The translations under genes were made by a program, and so were the position numbers. A stretch of 64,000 nucleotides of DNA from an uncultured Thermomicrobiales bacterium. Its GTDB lineage: Bacteria > Chloroflexota > Chloroflexia > Thermomicrobiales > CFX8. Below, piece after piece: positions 38,239 to 47,341 of this stretch. How positions within the stretch are numbered: position 1 is the stretch's first letter; each line of letters begins with the position of its first letter. The stretch lies in the NCBI GenBank assembly GCA_964577155.1, contig CAZNYB010000004.1, forward strand, positions 15,444 to 79,443, read 5' to 3'. The notes under the pieces are model-generated. The model made no database searches, was not told where the DNA came from, and saw only the letters and a program-made list of their open reading frames with translations.

Positions 38239-40218
38239 ATGGCGAAAACCATTCTAACTGTTTCCGAAGCGGGACAACGCTTTGGAACTGAACTCATTTT
38301 TTCAGGCATCTCATTTGTCGTGACAGAAAAGGAACGAGTAGCCCTGGTTGGCCCCAATGGCTCGGGCAAATCCTCGCTGCTTCGCATTCTTGTTGGCGAC
38401 CACCACCCGGCCGAGGGCACAGTTTCATACCTTGCCGGGACCCGAGTCGCCTACCAGGCCCAGGAAGCCTCCTTCAGCTCCGACCGGACGATGTATGAAG
38501 AAGCGCTGGAATCCTTTCAGGAAGTCAGGGAAATCGGCGAACAGATGACCGTCGTCGAGCAGCAAATGAGCAATGCAGAGGGCGACGAACTGGATAATCT
38601 GATCGAGTCGTACAGCGAACTGTCCACGGAATTTGAAGCCAGGCACGGGTATGAGATCGAACATCGAACTCAGCAGGTGTTGAGTGGACTCGGATTCCCG
38701 GAGAGTATGTTTGACGAACCAGTCAAACAACTCTCAGGAGGCCAGAAAACTCGCGTGTCGCTCGCTAAGACGCTTCTCTCAGATCCCGATCTGCTCTTGC
38801 TCGATGAGCCGACTAACCACCTTGATCTGGAGGCGATCGAATGGCTCGAGTCCTTCCTGCAAAGTTGGAACAGGGCGTTTATCGTGGTCAGCCACGACCG
38901 CTACTTTCTCGACAAGGTGACCACTCGAACGCTGGAAATGACCGAACACCATATCGAGGACTATCCTGCAGGTTACGTCAAGTATCTGAAACTTCGAGAA
39001 GAGCGTCGTATCCGACGTCAGAAAGAATATGACGAGCAGCAGGAATTTATCGAACGGACCGAAGAGTACATCCGAAAATATAAAGCCGGTCAGCGGTCGC
39101 GCGAAGCCCGTGGCCGGGAGACCAGACTCGCCAGACTCGAGCGATTAACCCCTCCGCCATCCGAGCAGCGTTTGAACCTGAACATCAGAGCCTACCGTCG
39201 AACCGGAGGGATCGTCCTTCGCACCGAACCACTCACGATTGGCTATGCGACGTCTGAAAATGGTTCTGGCCGGACGGTGCTGTGCGAAACTGATGAGCTT
39301 CTCATCGAACGGGGCGATCGCGTCGCACTCATTGGCCCGAATGGAAGCGGGAAAACGACAGCCTTGCGGGCGATCGTCGGCGAAATTCCAACGCTAAAAG
39401 GTACCGTCGAATATGGCACAAACGTGAAGCTAGCCTACTACGCCCAGGGACATGAAGGTCTCGATGAAGATCGCACTGTTCTTAACACGATACTGCACGA
39501 TCAGCCAATTGGTGAAGAGGCAGCCAGGACACTGCTAGGGAGTTTTCTCTTCTCGGACGATGATGTCTTTAAATCTGTTTCCGCACTGTCAGGCGGCGAA
39601 CGAAGCCGGCTTGCCCTCGCCAGGCTAACCCTGGCAAATGCGAACTTCCTGATCCTCGATGAACCGACCAACCACCTGGATATTCTGGCACGAGAGACGC
39701 TTGAAGATTCTCTGGCGGTCTATGGCGGCACTATTCTTTTTGTCTCCCATGACAGATTTTTCATCAATAAGCTGGCATCGAAAGTTTGGTCCATCGAAAA
39801 CCAGGAGATCAAGACCTATATTGGCAACTACGATGACATGTTGCGTCGGCGGGCTGGCAGCCCGGCTACTGAACCAACTATCGCAGAACCGGTTGCTGCC
39901 GGGAGATCATCAAATGCGGTTCAAACGAGAAACAACGCTGATCGCCGGGACCGTAGCCTGGACAGGCAAATTCGGGATGCCCAACGCCAGTTACATCAGG
40001 TTGAGCAGTCAGTGAGCAAGCTGGAAGCCAGGCTGAACGAACTGAATGATGAACTCTCCCGCGCTTCCGCCACCCAGGATATCGAAGCGATCAGTATGAC
40101 TGGCATCGCCATCGACGAAGCACAGACCGAGCTGGAACAAGCCTACGATGAGTGGAGCGCGGCAGGCGCGCGACTCGACGAGCTCGAAAGTCAGGCGGTC
40201 TATTCCGATGGCGGCTAG
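38239..40218 (+). CDS. ABC-F family ATPase (two ABC domains, C-terminal coiled coil)
   Basis: GPNGSGKSS / LSGGQKTR and GPNGSGKTT / LSGGERSR with no TM domain. Start moved to ATG 38239 (MAKTILTV...); the tracked 37993 extension overlaps lysA. Confidence 0.9.
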   Translation: MAKTILTVSEAGQRFGTELIFSGISFVVTEKERVALVGPNGSGKSSLLRILVGDHHPAEGTVSYLAGTRVAYQAQEASFSSDRTMYEEALESFQEVREIGEQMTVVEQQMSNAEGDELDNLIESYSELSTEFEARHGYEIEHRTQQVLSGLGFPESMFDEPVKQLSGGQKTRVSLAKTLLSDPDLLLLDEPTNHLDLEAIEWLESFLQSWNRAFIVVSHDRYFLDKVTTRTLEMTEHHIEDYPAGYVKYLKLREERRIRRQKEYDEQQEFIERTEEYIRKYKAGQRSREARGRETRLARLERLTPPPSEQRLNLNIRAYRRTGGIVLRTEPLTIGYATSENGSGRTVLCETDELLIERGDRVALIGPNGSGKTTALRAIVGEIPTLKGTVEYGTNVKLAYYAQGHEGLDEDRTVLNTILHDQPIGEEAARTLLGSFLFSDDDVFKSVSALSGGERSRLALARLTLANANFLILDEPTNHLDILARETLEDSLAVYGGTILFVSHDRFFINKLASKVWSIENQEIKTYIGNYDDMLRRRAGSPATEPTIAEPVAAGRSSNAVQTRNNADRRDRSLDRQIRDAQRQLHQVEQSVSKLEARLNELNDELSRASATQDIEAISMTGIAIDEAQTELEQAYDEWSAAGARLDELESQAVYSDGG

Positions 40219-40825
40219 CTCTTTACGGCGCCGGAAACATGTCGTCGGCTTGACGGGCAATATCGCCACCGGAAAGACAACAGTCCTCAATCTTCTCGTT
40301 GAATTGGGAGCGGAAGGCATCGATGCAGATTCTCTCGTTCACCAGATGATGGGTCCTGGATCGCCGTTCGCCAATCAACTTGCAGAGCAATTCGGAGTAC
40401 AGGTGGTTCGAGCAGATCAGAGCATCGATCGGAAGCAACTCGGACAAATCGTGTTCTCTGATCCAGCTGCCCTGGCTCATCTCGAAGAGATCATCCACCC
40501 GCCAGTCGTCGCGGCGATGAAACAGGCTCCTAACACGCCTGGGCCAGATGTGCTGGTGCTCGACGCGATCAAACTGATTGAGGCCGGCATCGCCGAAGTG
40601 TGTGATGAGATCTGGGTTACCGACGCATCAGAGGAAACCAGAATGCGGCGGGTGATGGAACGCAACAATGTCAACGAAGTCGAAGCCAGGAGGCGGGTGG
40701 ATGCCCAACCTCCGCAATCCGAGAAGGTTGCGGTCGCGGATGTCGTCATTGAAAATAATGGCTCTCTTCAGGCTACCCGGGAACAAGTCCTCGAACAGTG
40801 GACCAGGCTTACTTCAGGCGACTGA
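40208..40825 (+). CDS. coaE: dephospho-CoA kinase
   Basis: VVGLTGNIATGKTT P-loop. ATG 40208 overlaps the ABC-F stop (ATGGCGGCTAG). Confidence 0.85.
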   Translation: MAASSLRRRKHVVGLTGNIATGKTTVLNLLVELGAEGIDADSLVHQMMGPGSPFANQLAEQFGVQVVRADQSIDRKQLGQIVFSDPAALAHLEEIIHPPVVAAMKQAPNTPGPDVLVLDAIKLIEAGIAEVCDEIWVTDASEETRMRRVMERNNVNEVEARRRVDAQPPQSEKVAVADVVIENNGSLQATREQVLEQWTRLTSGD

Positions 40826-40858
40826 ATGAACGAGTGAATCGATTCGGGTTTGTTTCAG

Positions 40859-40886
40859 GAGGGTTTGCTGAACCTTCCAAACCCTC
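40859..40886 (+). terminator. stem-loop after coaE (weak terminator candidate)
   Basis: GAGGGTTTG - 10-nt loop - CAAACCCTC gives a perfect 9-bp stem. It is followed by atgctttctcc, which is only a weak U-tract. Confidence 0.3.
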
Positions 40887-40910
40887 ATGCTTTCTCCACC
40901 AACAACATTC

Positions 40911-40937
40911 ACACATACGATCCTACACATACGATCC
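40911..40937. repeat. tandem duplication ACACATACGATCC (2 copies, 14-bp period)
   Basis: Read directly: 40911-40923 and 40925-40937 are identical. It sits in the coaE-prfB spacer, immediately followed by GGAGGAG. Confidence 0.9.
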
Positions 40938-41029
40938 GGAGGAGCTTGTTTCTCTCTTTCAGTCGCTCGCTGCTCTTTGTTAGACTTGTGCGGCTCATTT
41001 TGATTTGCTTCCCGCGATTCGGAACGAAG

Positions 41030-42155
41030 ATGATCGAAGAAAACACAACGGTAGTCCTTCAGGATTTAGGCGAGCGACTGGACAGAATCGGGGTGCGTCT
41101 TTGACCTGCCTGCCAAGCAGCAGAGAATTGAAGAGCTTGAACAGCTAACGACGGATCCTGATTTCTGGACCAACAACGACCAGGCGCGTAAAGTGATGCG
41201 CCGCATTAATACATTGCAGACGCAAATTGACGGCTGGGAATCGCTGCGATCACAGATTATGGATCTCAGCGAGTTGTACGTGCTCGCCGAAGAAGAAGAG
41301 CCAGAGCTTGCTCTTGAAATAAGCAATCAGATTAGCGAGCAGGTTCATAGCGTCGAGAAGATGGAGTTGGAACTCCTGCTCGATGGTCCCTATGATGAAG
41401 ACGACTGCATGCTCGCGATCCATGCCGGGACCGGTGGAGTCGACGCACAGGACTGGGCTGAGATGCTGCTGCGAATGTATACCCGCTGGAGCGAGCGGCG
41501 CAATTTCGAGGTCTCCTTGTTAGACGTCACCGAAGGAGATGAAGCCGGAATAAAGAGCGCCACCCTGGAGCTTCGTGGACCCTATGCGTTTGGGTATGCC
41601 AGCGCGGAAGCCGGGACCCATCGTCTTGTCCGGCTCTCGCCATTCGACTCGAACAACCGTCGACACACTTCATTTGCGCTGGTCGAAGTGCTGCCGGTCG
41701 TTGATGAGGACATTGACATCGAAATCCGGGAAGAGGATATTCGGGTTGACACCTACCGCGCTTCAGGGGCAGGCGGGCAGCACGTCAACAAAACCAGCTC
41801 GGCCGTGAGAATCACCCACCTGCCAACAGGTATTGTGGCGACCTGCCAGAATGAACGATCGCAACTGCAGAACCGCGCAACCGCTATGAAAATCCTCCGC
41901 TCGAGGCTCGTCGAACTCAAACTGCGAGAACGAGAAGCAGAACAGGCGGCGATCAAAGGGAAGCCGGTCATCGAAGGATGGGGCAATCGCATCCGTTCAT
42001 ACGTCTTGCAGCCCTACACGATGGTAACCGATCACCGAACCGGGTATTCCACGGGAAATGTCCAGGCTATTCTCGATGGAGATTTGGACCAGTTGATCGA
42101 TGCCTACCTGCACCAGCAAATGGAAGAGAATCAGAGAATCACTCAAGTTGAGTAG
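41030..42155 (+). CDS. prfB: peptide chain release factor 2, expressed via programmed +1 ribosomal frameshift
   Basis: Frame 0: MIEENTTVVLQDLGERLDRIGVRL then TGA at 41102. Shifting +1 at CTT-T-GAC gives DLPAKQQRIEELEQLTTDPDFW..., continuous with the tracked ORF 41193-42155, which carries SPF (RLSPFDS) and GGQ (SGAGGQHVNK). Joined product is ~374 aa. Confidence 0.9.
41090..41105 (+). promoter_or_regulatory. prfB autoregulatory frameshift site
   Basis: GGGGTG-CGT-CTT-TGA-C has the same architecture and spacing as the classical AGGGGG-TAT-CTT-TGA-C: an internal SD-like element, 3 nt, the slippery CTT, then the in-frame UGA C. Confidence 0.85.
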
Positions 42156-43422
42156 ATTTCGGTTGCTGGCTGCCGCCTTGATCGTGCTGACAGCCGTATG
42201 GTCGATTACCCTCAGCCCGGCTGCTGTTGCGCAGACGGAACAGATCGAAATCCAATCTTTGAACGCACGGTATGAGTTTCCTACCAGCGTTACGTATTCC
42301 GTCTCAGCAACCGCGCCAGCCGACATCATCATTGCTGAACTCTACTGGCACGCAACCGAAGATCCGGCATTGACCCTGGAACAGCCCGAGTTCGAGCCTT
42401 CGACAGAGATATCCATCCAGCATTCGGTGGACATGCTGGTGAACTATCTCCCGCCAGGCGCCGAACTCTCATATCAGTGGCGTTTCGAGGATCGAAACGG
42501 CAATTCAGCTTCGTCGCCCGAACAAACATTGCGATACTCCGATCTCAGGTTTGACTGGCGACAGGTTTCGAGTGGTCCGATCACCGTCTGGTGGTACCGC
42601 GGCGACGAATCCTTTGGCAATGACATCCTGAATCGGGCAGGTTTATCACTCGCTGATCTCAGCGATCAGTTTGACATTTTCCTGAACACTCCAGTCAACA
42701 TCGTGGTGTATGGAAACGACAGTGACTTCTCAAGCGCAATGCCGCCAAACAGCGCCGACTGGATAGGCGGGGTCGCTTACAGCAACCTCAATCTCATCGT
42801 CGCCCAAATCTCGCCTGGATCGGGAAGTGCTGGCGAAATTGACCGGTTGATTTCCCACGAAATGAGCCACCTTGCGGTCCACCAGGCCACGGAAAACAGC
42901 TTCAACTCTCCGCCAAACTGGCTTGATGAAGGACTGGCTACCTACAACCAGGCATTTCCAGACGAACGGTTTACGCGAGCCCTTGATGACGCCATCGAGG
43001 ATGGAACGTTGATTCCAGTCCGCGCATTGAACTCCGCATTCCCGCTGGATGACCGGCAAGCACTTCTCTCGTACGCGGAGAGCTGGTCGCTGATTCAATA
43101 CCTCGTCGACGTCTACGGCGATCAGGCAGTCGCCGATCTGGTCGCGGTGTTCAAACAAGAAGTCAGTTACGAGGACGCGCTGATGTACGCCCTCAACCTC
43201 ACCTACGAGGAGTTGGACGCGGGCTGGAAAGCCTGGCTCGGCTACCAGGGAGATAACCCGGACGCTGCACCACAACCAGCTTTTCAAAACGACGACGACG
43301 GTGTCGCGCCAGCGATCTGGATTGCCGCGGGTATATTTGGGCTGTTGGCCTGTTTTCTAGTGCTCTCTGGCACGCTCATCGCTGGTTTCTGGGCGATCCG
43401 TAGACGTTCGGAGCTGACCTGA
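42100..43422 (+). CDS. secreted/membrane-anchored MA-clan zinc metallopeptidase-like protein
   Basis: Signal-like LLAAALIVLTAVWS, HExxH (SHEMSHLAVH) followed by WLDEGLATY, and a C-terminal TM helix. The start may be TTG 42148. It overlaps the prfB 3' end. Confidence 0.65.
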   Translation: MPTCTSKWKRIRESLKLSRFRLLAAALIVLTAVWSITLSPAAVAQTEQIEIQSLNARYEFPTSVTYSVSATAPADIIIAELYWHATEDPALTLEQPEFEPSTEISIQHSVDMLVNYLPPGAELSYQWRFEDRNGNSASSPEQTLRYSDLRFDWRQVSSGPITVWWYRGDESFGNDILNRAGLSLADLSDQFDIFLNTPVNIVVYGNDSDFSSAMPPNSADWIGGVAYSNLNLIVAQISPGSGSAGEIDRLISHEMSHLAVHQATENSFNSPPNWLDEGLATYNQAFPDERFTRALDDAIEDGTLIPVRALNSAFPLDDRQALLSYAESWSLIQYLVDVYGDQAVADLVAVFKQEVSYEDALMYALNLTYEELDAGWKAWLGYQGDNPDAAPQPAFQNDDDGVAPAIWIAAGIFGLLACFLVLSGTLIAGFWAIRRRSELT

Positions 43423-43486
43423 CCCGGAGATTCGAAGACTACCCGCCGTTAGCCTACCGATTATCGAGAACTACTGAGATCTATAG

Positions 43487-43515
43487 TTGACACAACTCAT
43501 ATCAATTGATATGAT
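43487..43515 (+). promoter_or_regulatory. sigma-70 promoter of hrcA-grpE-dnaK
   Basis: TTGACA (43487-43492), 17-nt spacer, TATGAT (43510-43515). CIRCE follows 14 nt downstream. Confidence 0.65.
43497..43514. promoter_or_regulatory. 18-bp perfect palindrome overlapping the -10 (candidate second operator)
   Basis: TCATATCAATTGATATGA is its own reverse complement (checked base by base). It spans the promoter spacer and the first 5 nt of the -10. Confidence 0.5.
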
Positions 43516-43528
43516 TTAGTGTGTTTAT

Positions 43529-43555
43529 TTAGCACTCTCACTCGGAGAGTGCTAA
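43529..43555. promoter_or_regulatory. CIRCE operator (HrcA binding site)
   Basis: TTAGCACTC-tcactcgga-GAGTGCTAA is a perfect match to TTAGCACTC-N9-GAGTGCTAA. It ends 1 nt before the hrcA ATG. Confidence 0.92.
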
Positions 43556-43556
43556 A

Positions 43557-44609
43557 ATGACGAGATTGATTATGAACGAACACTATCTGACTGAACGACA
43601 ACAGAAAATATTGCGATTTCTTATCGAAGAATATGTTGATGCCAGCCGCGCCGTTGGGTCGAGGACGCTTGCTGAAAATTATCCGCTCAACGTCTCATCG
43701 GCAACGGTCCGCAACGAAATGTCGTCACTCGAAAAACTGGGCTATATCGAACACCCGCACACTTCGTCAGGCAGCATCCCAACCGACCATGCCTATCGCT
43801 TCTATGTCGAGCAATTTACCAGCGGAAAGCGGCTGCCATCGAGCGACCAGATGATGATCCGGCATCAATTCAGGCAGGTTGAAAGTCAGCTGGAGAGCTG
43901 GCTTCAGCTCGCTGCTTCGGTGCTGGCCGAGATCTCTGGCAACCTGTCGCTGGTGACGTCACCGAGGAATCGGGTCTCGAAGCTACGGCATTTTGAGCTG
44001 CTCTCATTGCAGGATCGCATCGCCCTGTTGATTCTCGTCACACAGGACAGTTCAGTCACTCAGGCGATGATTCACCTGGATGAACCGATCCAGCAATCCG
44101 TGCTGAGCGAAAGCGCTGGCCGGTTGAATGAACTGCTGGTTGGAAAGACCGCGACCGAAATTCTCGCTGAAAGCAAAAAACTCAAGGGATTCGATCAGCT
44201 GGTAAGCCAGCACCTCGTCACCACCCTTGAAGCCAACGAATCTGGTGAACGAACAGAAGTACGACACGAAGGCATGGAGTACATTGTTCGTCAACCTGAA
44301 TTCTCTTCGGGCAGCAATGAACTTGCCCAGATATTTGGACTGACACGCGGCGGCGCTCTCCTTTCCATGCTGTTGCCGCAACTGTCGGACCAACAGGGAG
44401 TTCAGATATTTATCGGTGAAGAGAACGACGCCGTCATGCTTCATCCATTTGGTATTGTCGTAGCCTCTTACGGGGTACAGGAGGAAGTAACCGGGCTACT
44501 CGGAATTGTAGGCCCGCGCAGAATGGAATATGAGCGATCGATTTCATCGGTCAGTTACATGGCAACGCTCATGAGTGACCTGATGAGCGATCTGTATTAC
44601 AGGGAATAG
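43557..44609 (+). CDS. hrcA: heat-inducible transcription repressor HrcA
   Basis: LTERQQKILRFLIEEY winged-helix N-terminus, size 350 aa, and position ahead of grpE-dnaK. Confidence 0.93.
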   Translation: MTRLIMNEHYLTERQQKILRFLIEEYVDASRAVGSRTLAENYPLNVSSATVRNEMSSLEKLGYIEHPHTSSGSIPTDHAYRFYVEQFTSGKRLPSSDQMMIRHQFRQVESQLESWLQLAASVLAEISGNLSLVTSPRNRVSKLRHFELLSLQDRIALLILVTQDSSVTQAMIHLDEPIQQSVLSESAGRLNELLVGKTATEILAESKKLKGFDQLVSQHLVTTLEANESGERTEVRHEGMEYIVRQPEFSSGSNELAQIFGLTRGGALLSMLLPQLSDQQGVQIFIGEENDAVMLHPFGIVVASYGVQEEVTGLLGIVGPRRMEYERSISSVSYMATLMSDLMSDLYYRE

Positions 44610-44635
44610 ACAGGAGAGGCGGGAATAACTGGCAA

Positions 44636-45229
44636 ATGAACAACGAACAGGAAATAGATATCAAAGTAGATGCCACAGGATCGAATGACAACGGTCTGGA
44701 AGATTCAGATGTGGATGGTTTTGCTGAAGAAATCGAAGCTATCGACTCATTCGCTGAGATCGAGCGATTGCAGGTAGAAGTAGCAGAGCAACAGGATAAG
44801 TACCAGCGCGCCGTTGCCGACCTGGCCAACTACCGGCGCAGGAAAGAGCTTGAGTCCAGTCGGCTGATTCAACAGGCCAGGGACAATGTCCTGTCAAAAT
44901 TTTTGCCGGTGGTCGACGATTTTGAAAGGGCTATCCAAACATCAGAAACCGATCACTCGAACGAAGATTGGGTCGAAGGATTTCGCCTGATTGAAAAGAA
45001 ACTCTGGAGTGTGTTTGAAGCAGAGGGAGTGCGGCCTATGACAAGTGTCGGACAACTTTTCGACCCGAAACTTCACGACGCCGTCATGGTCGATAGCGAT
45101 TCTGCCGATCCCGATACGGTCGTCGAGGAATTTCAACGAGGCTATTTTATAGGCGACCGTGTACTGCGACCGGCAGTGGTGAAAGTTGGCTCAAACACGG
45201 CTCAAGAAGTAAACAAAGATAATGAGTAA
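44636..45229 (+). CDS. grpE: nucleotide exchange factor GrpE
   Basis: Acidic N-terminus, coiled coil with ADLANYRRRKE, C-terminal GYFIGDRVLRPAVVKV. Confidence 0.9.
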   Translation: MNNEQEIDIKVDATGSNDNGLEDSDVDGFAEEIEAIDSFAEIERLQVEVAEQQDKYQRAVADLANYRRRKELESSRLIQQARDNVLSKFLPVVDDFERAIQTSETDHSNEDWVEGFRLIEKKLWSVFEAEGVRPMTSVGQLFDPKLHDAVMVDSDSADPDTVVEEFQRGYFIGDRVLRPAVVKVGSNTAQEVNKDNE

Positions 45230-45321
45230 TCTGACTGAAAAGCACCTGGTAATGGTAGATGCAAGGATCGTTTTCCAGCATGGAGCTGGAAAAAGGAACG
45301 GAAGAAGAAAGGACCATATTC

Positions 45322-47247
45322 ATGGCCAAAACAATTGGAATTGACTTAGGAACGACAAACTCTGTTGTCGCTGTCATTGAAGCTGGAGAACCGACCGTCA
45401 TCCCGAACGCGGAAGGCGAACGAACAACCCCGTCCGTAGTTGCCATCTCTTCCAGCGGCGAGAGACTGGTCGGACGACTTGCCAAACGGCAGGCGGTAAC
45501 CAACCCGCACAATACCGTATTCTCGGTCAAACGATTTATCGGTCGCCGGTTTGATGATCCTGAAGTTCAGAAGGATCTGGAACTCGTGCCCTACGAAGTG
45601 CGCGAAGGCCAGCATGGCGGAATCGAGATCAAGCTTGAAGACCGCTGGGTAACTGCGCCGGAAATTTCGGCGATGATCCTCCAGAAACTCAAAACTGACG
45701 CCGAAACCTATCTTGGCGAGAAGGTCACAGAGGCGGTCATCACCGTACCGGCTTACTTCGATGACAGCCAGCGCCAGGCGACCAAAGACGCCGGAAAAAT
45801 TGCCGGTCTCGAAGTGTCGCGCATCATCAACGAGCCGACTGCGTCCGCACTAGCCTACGGACTGGACAAAAAAGAAGATGAGCAAATCGCGGTCTATGAC
45901 CTTGGCGGTGGCACCTACGATATATCAATCATGGATCTGTCAGAGGGCGTCTTCCAGGTCATGTCGACAAACGGCGACACCCACCTCGGCGGTGACGATT
46001 TCGATCAACGTATCATCGACTGGCTAGCCGATGAGTTCAAAAAGAATGAAGGTATTGACCTTCGCAAAGACCCGATGGCACTTCAAAGACTTAAGGATGA
46101 GGCGGAGAAAGCCAAGATTGAACTCTCCAGCGCCCAGCGCACCGAGATCAATCTACCATTTATCACCGCCGATCAGTCTGGCCCGAAGCACCTCAATATC
46201 TCGTTGAGCCGCTCGAAGCTCGAGCAACTCGTCGACGACCTGATCGACCGCACCAAACCGCCAATGGAGGCCGCGCTCAAGGATGCCGACCTGCAAACCT
46301 CTGACATCGATGAAGTGTTGCTGGTCGGTGGTCAGACGCGAATGCCAGCCGTTCAGCAGCTGGTACAGGGCTTTTTCGGAGCGGAACCGCACCGAGGTAT
46401 CAATCCTGACGAAGTAGTGGCTGTTGGCGCGGCGATCCAGGCTGGTGTGCTCGGCGGTGAGGTGACCGACGTTCTGCTTCTGGATGTCACACCGCTTACC
46501 CTGTCGATCGAGACGCTTGGCGGCGTCGCGACACCACTTATCGAACGCAATACGACTATCCCGACCAAGAAGAGCCAGACCTTTACCACTGCGGCGGACA
46601 ACCAGTCGCAGGTTGAGATTCATGTCACCCAGGGCGAGCGTCCGATGTCGACTGACAACAAGACGCTGGCAAGGTTTATTCTGGATGGCATCCCGCCCGC
46701 GCCTCGTGGTATTCCAAAGGTCGACGTGACGTTCGATATCGACGCAAACGGTATTCTGCATGTGACAGCGCGAGACGAAGCCACGAACCGTGAGCAAAAG
46801 GTCACGATCACCGCTTCCAGCGGTCTGACCGATGCGGAGATCGAGAACATGGTTGGTGAAGCGGAAGCGCACGCTCAGGAGGATCAGGCGCGACGTGAGG
46901 CAATTGAGCTGCGCAATCAGGCGGACTCGATGGCCTATCAGGGAGAGAAAACGATCGCCGACTATGGTGAGCAAATACCTTCCGATGTCAAGTTGAACCT
47001 TGAAACGAAGATCGCCGAAGTCCGTGATATTCTTGACAACGATCCGGAAAACATCGAACGGCTGAGAACCTCCTACCAGGAACTCACCGATACGTTGTCA
47101 CAGGCTGGCGCGGCGATGTATCAGAGCGCCGAAGCAGCTGGTGAAGCATCCCAGACTCCTGGTCCGAATGGTTCAACTGATGAAACGACCTCAGATGATA
47201 CCGACGAGACGACCGTTGAAGGCGAATTCCGGGAAGTTCCGAACTAA
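45322..47247 (+). CDS. dnaK: molecular chaperone DnaK (Hsp70)
   Basis: [39 protein letters not shown]. Start moved to ATG 45322 from the tracked 45259. Confidence 0.97.
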   Translation: MAKTIGIDLGTTNSVVAVIEAGEPTVIPNAEGERTTPSVVAISSSGERLVGRLAKRQAVTNPHNTVFSVKRFIGRRFDDPEVQKDLELVPYEVREGQHGGIEIKLEDRWVTAPEISAMILQKLKTDAETYLGEKVTEAVITVPAYFDDSQRQATKDAGKIAGLEVSRIINEPTASALAYGLDKKEDEQIAVYDLGGGTYDISIMDLSEGVFQVMSTNGDTHLGGDDFDQRIIDWLADEFKKNEGIDLRKDPMALQRLKDEAEKAKIELSSAQRTEINLPFITADQSGPKHLNISLSRSKLEQLVDDLIDRTKPPMEAALKDADLQTSDIDEVLLVGGQTRMPAVQQLVQGFFGAEPHRGINPDEVVAVGAAIQAGVLGGEVTDVLLLDVTPLTLSIETLGGVATPLIERNTTIPTKKSQTFTTAADNQSQVEIHVTQGERPMSTDNKTLARFILDGIPPAPRGIPKVDVTFDIDANGILHVTARDEATNREQKVTITASSGLTDAEIENMVGEAEAHAQEDQARREAIELRNQADSMAYQGEKTIADYGEQIPSDVKLNLETKIAEVRDILDNDPENIERLRTSYQELTDTLSQAGAAMYQSAEAAGEASQTPGPNGSTDETTSDDTDETTVEGEFREVPN

Positions 47248-47294
47248 CAGCGTCGAATTCTGGCAGTCGTCGCCTCAAGAAGAGAACTTAAATC

Positions 47295-47330
47295 AAAGGG
47301 CTTCCCAAATGGGAAGCCCTTTGTCGTTGT
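47295..47330. terminator. bidirectional rho-independent terminator between dnaK and the convergent triad operon
   Basis: AAAGGGCTTCCC - AAAT - GGGAAGCCCTTT gives a perfect 12-bp stem. It is flanked by GTCGTTGT on the plus side and an A-run (a T-run on the minus strand) on the other. Confidence 0.8.
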
Positions 47331-47341
47331 ACACGATAATT

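Noticed and set aside
40850-41029. Upstream 60 codons of the ORF containing the first prfB segment
   Set aside because: The hydrophobic, low-complexity translation (..LFLSFSRSLLFVRLVRLILICF..) is unlike RF2. It covers the coaE hairpin and the tandem repeat. The RF2 N-terminus starts at ATG 41030.
46153-46974. 273-aa antisense ORF inside dnaK
   Set aside because: It is a shadow ORF opposite dnaK. The translation is Arg/Leu-rich with no domain signature.
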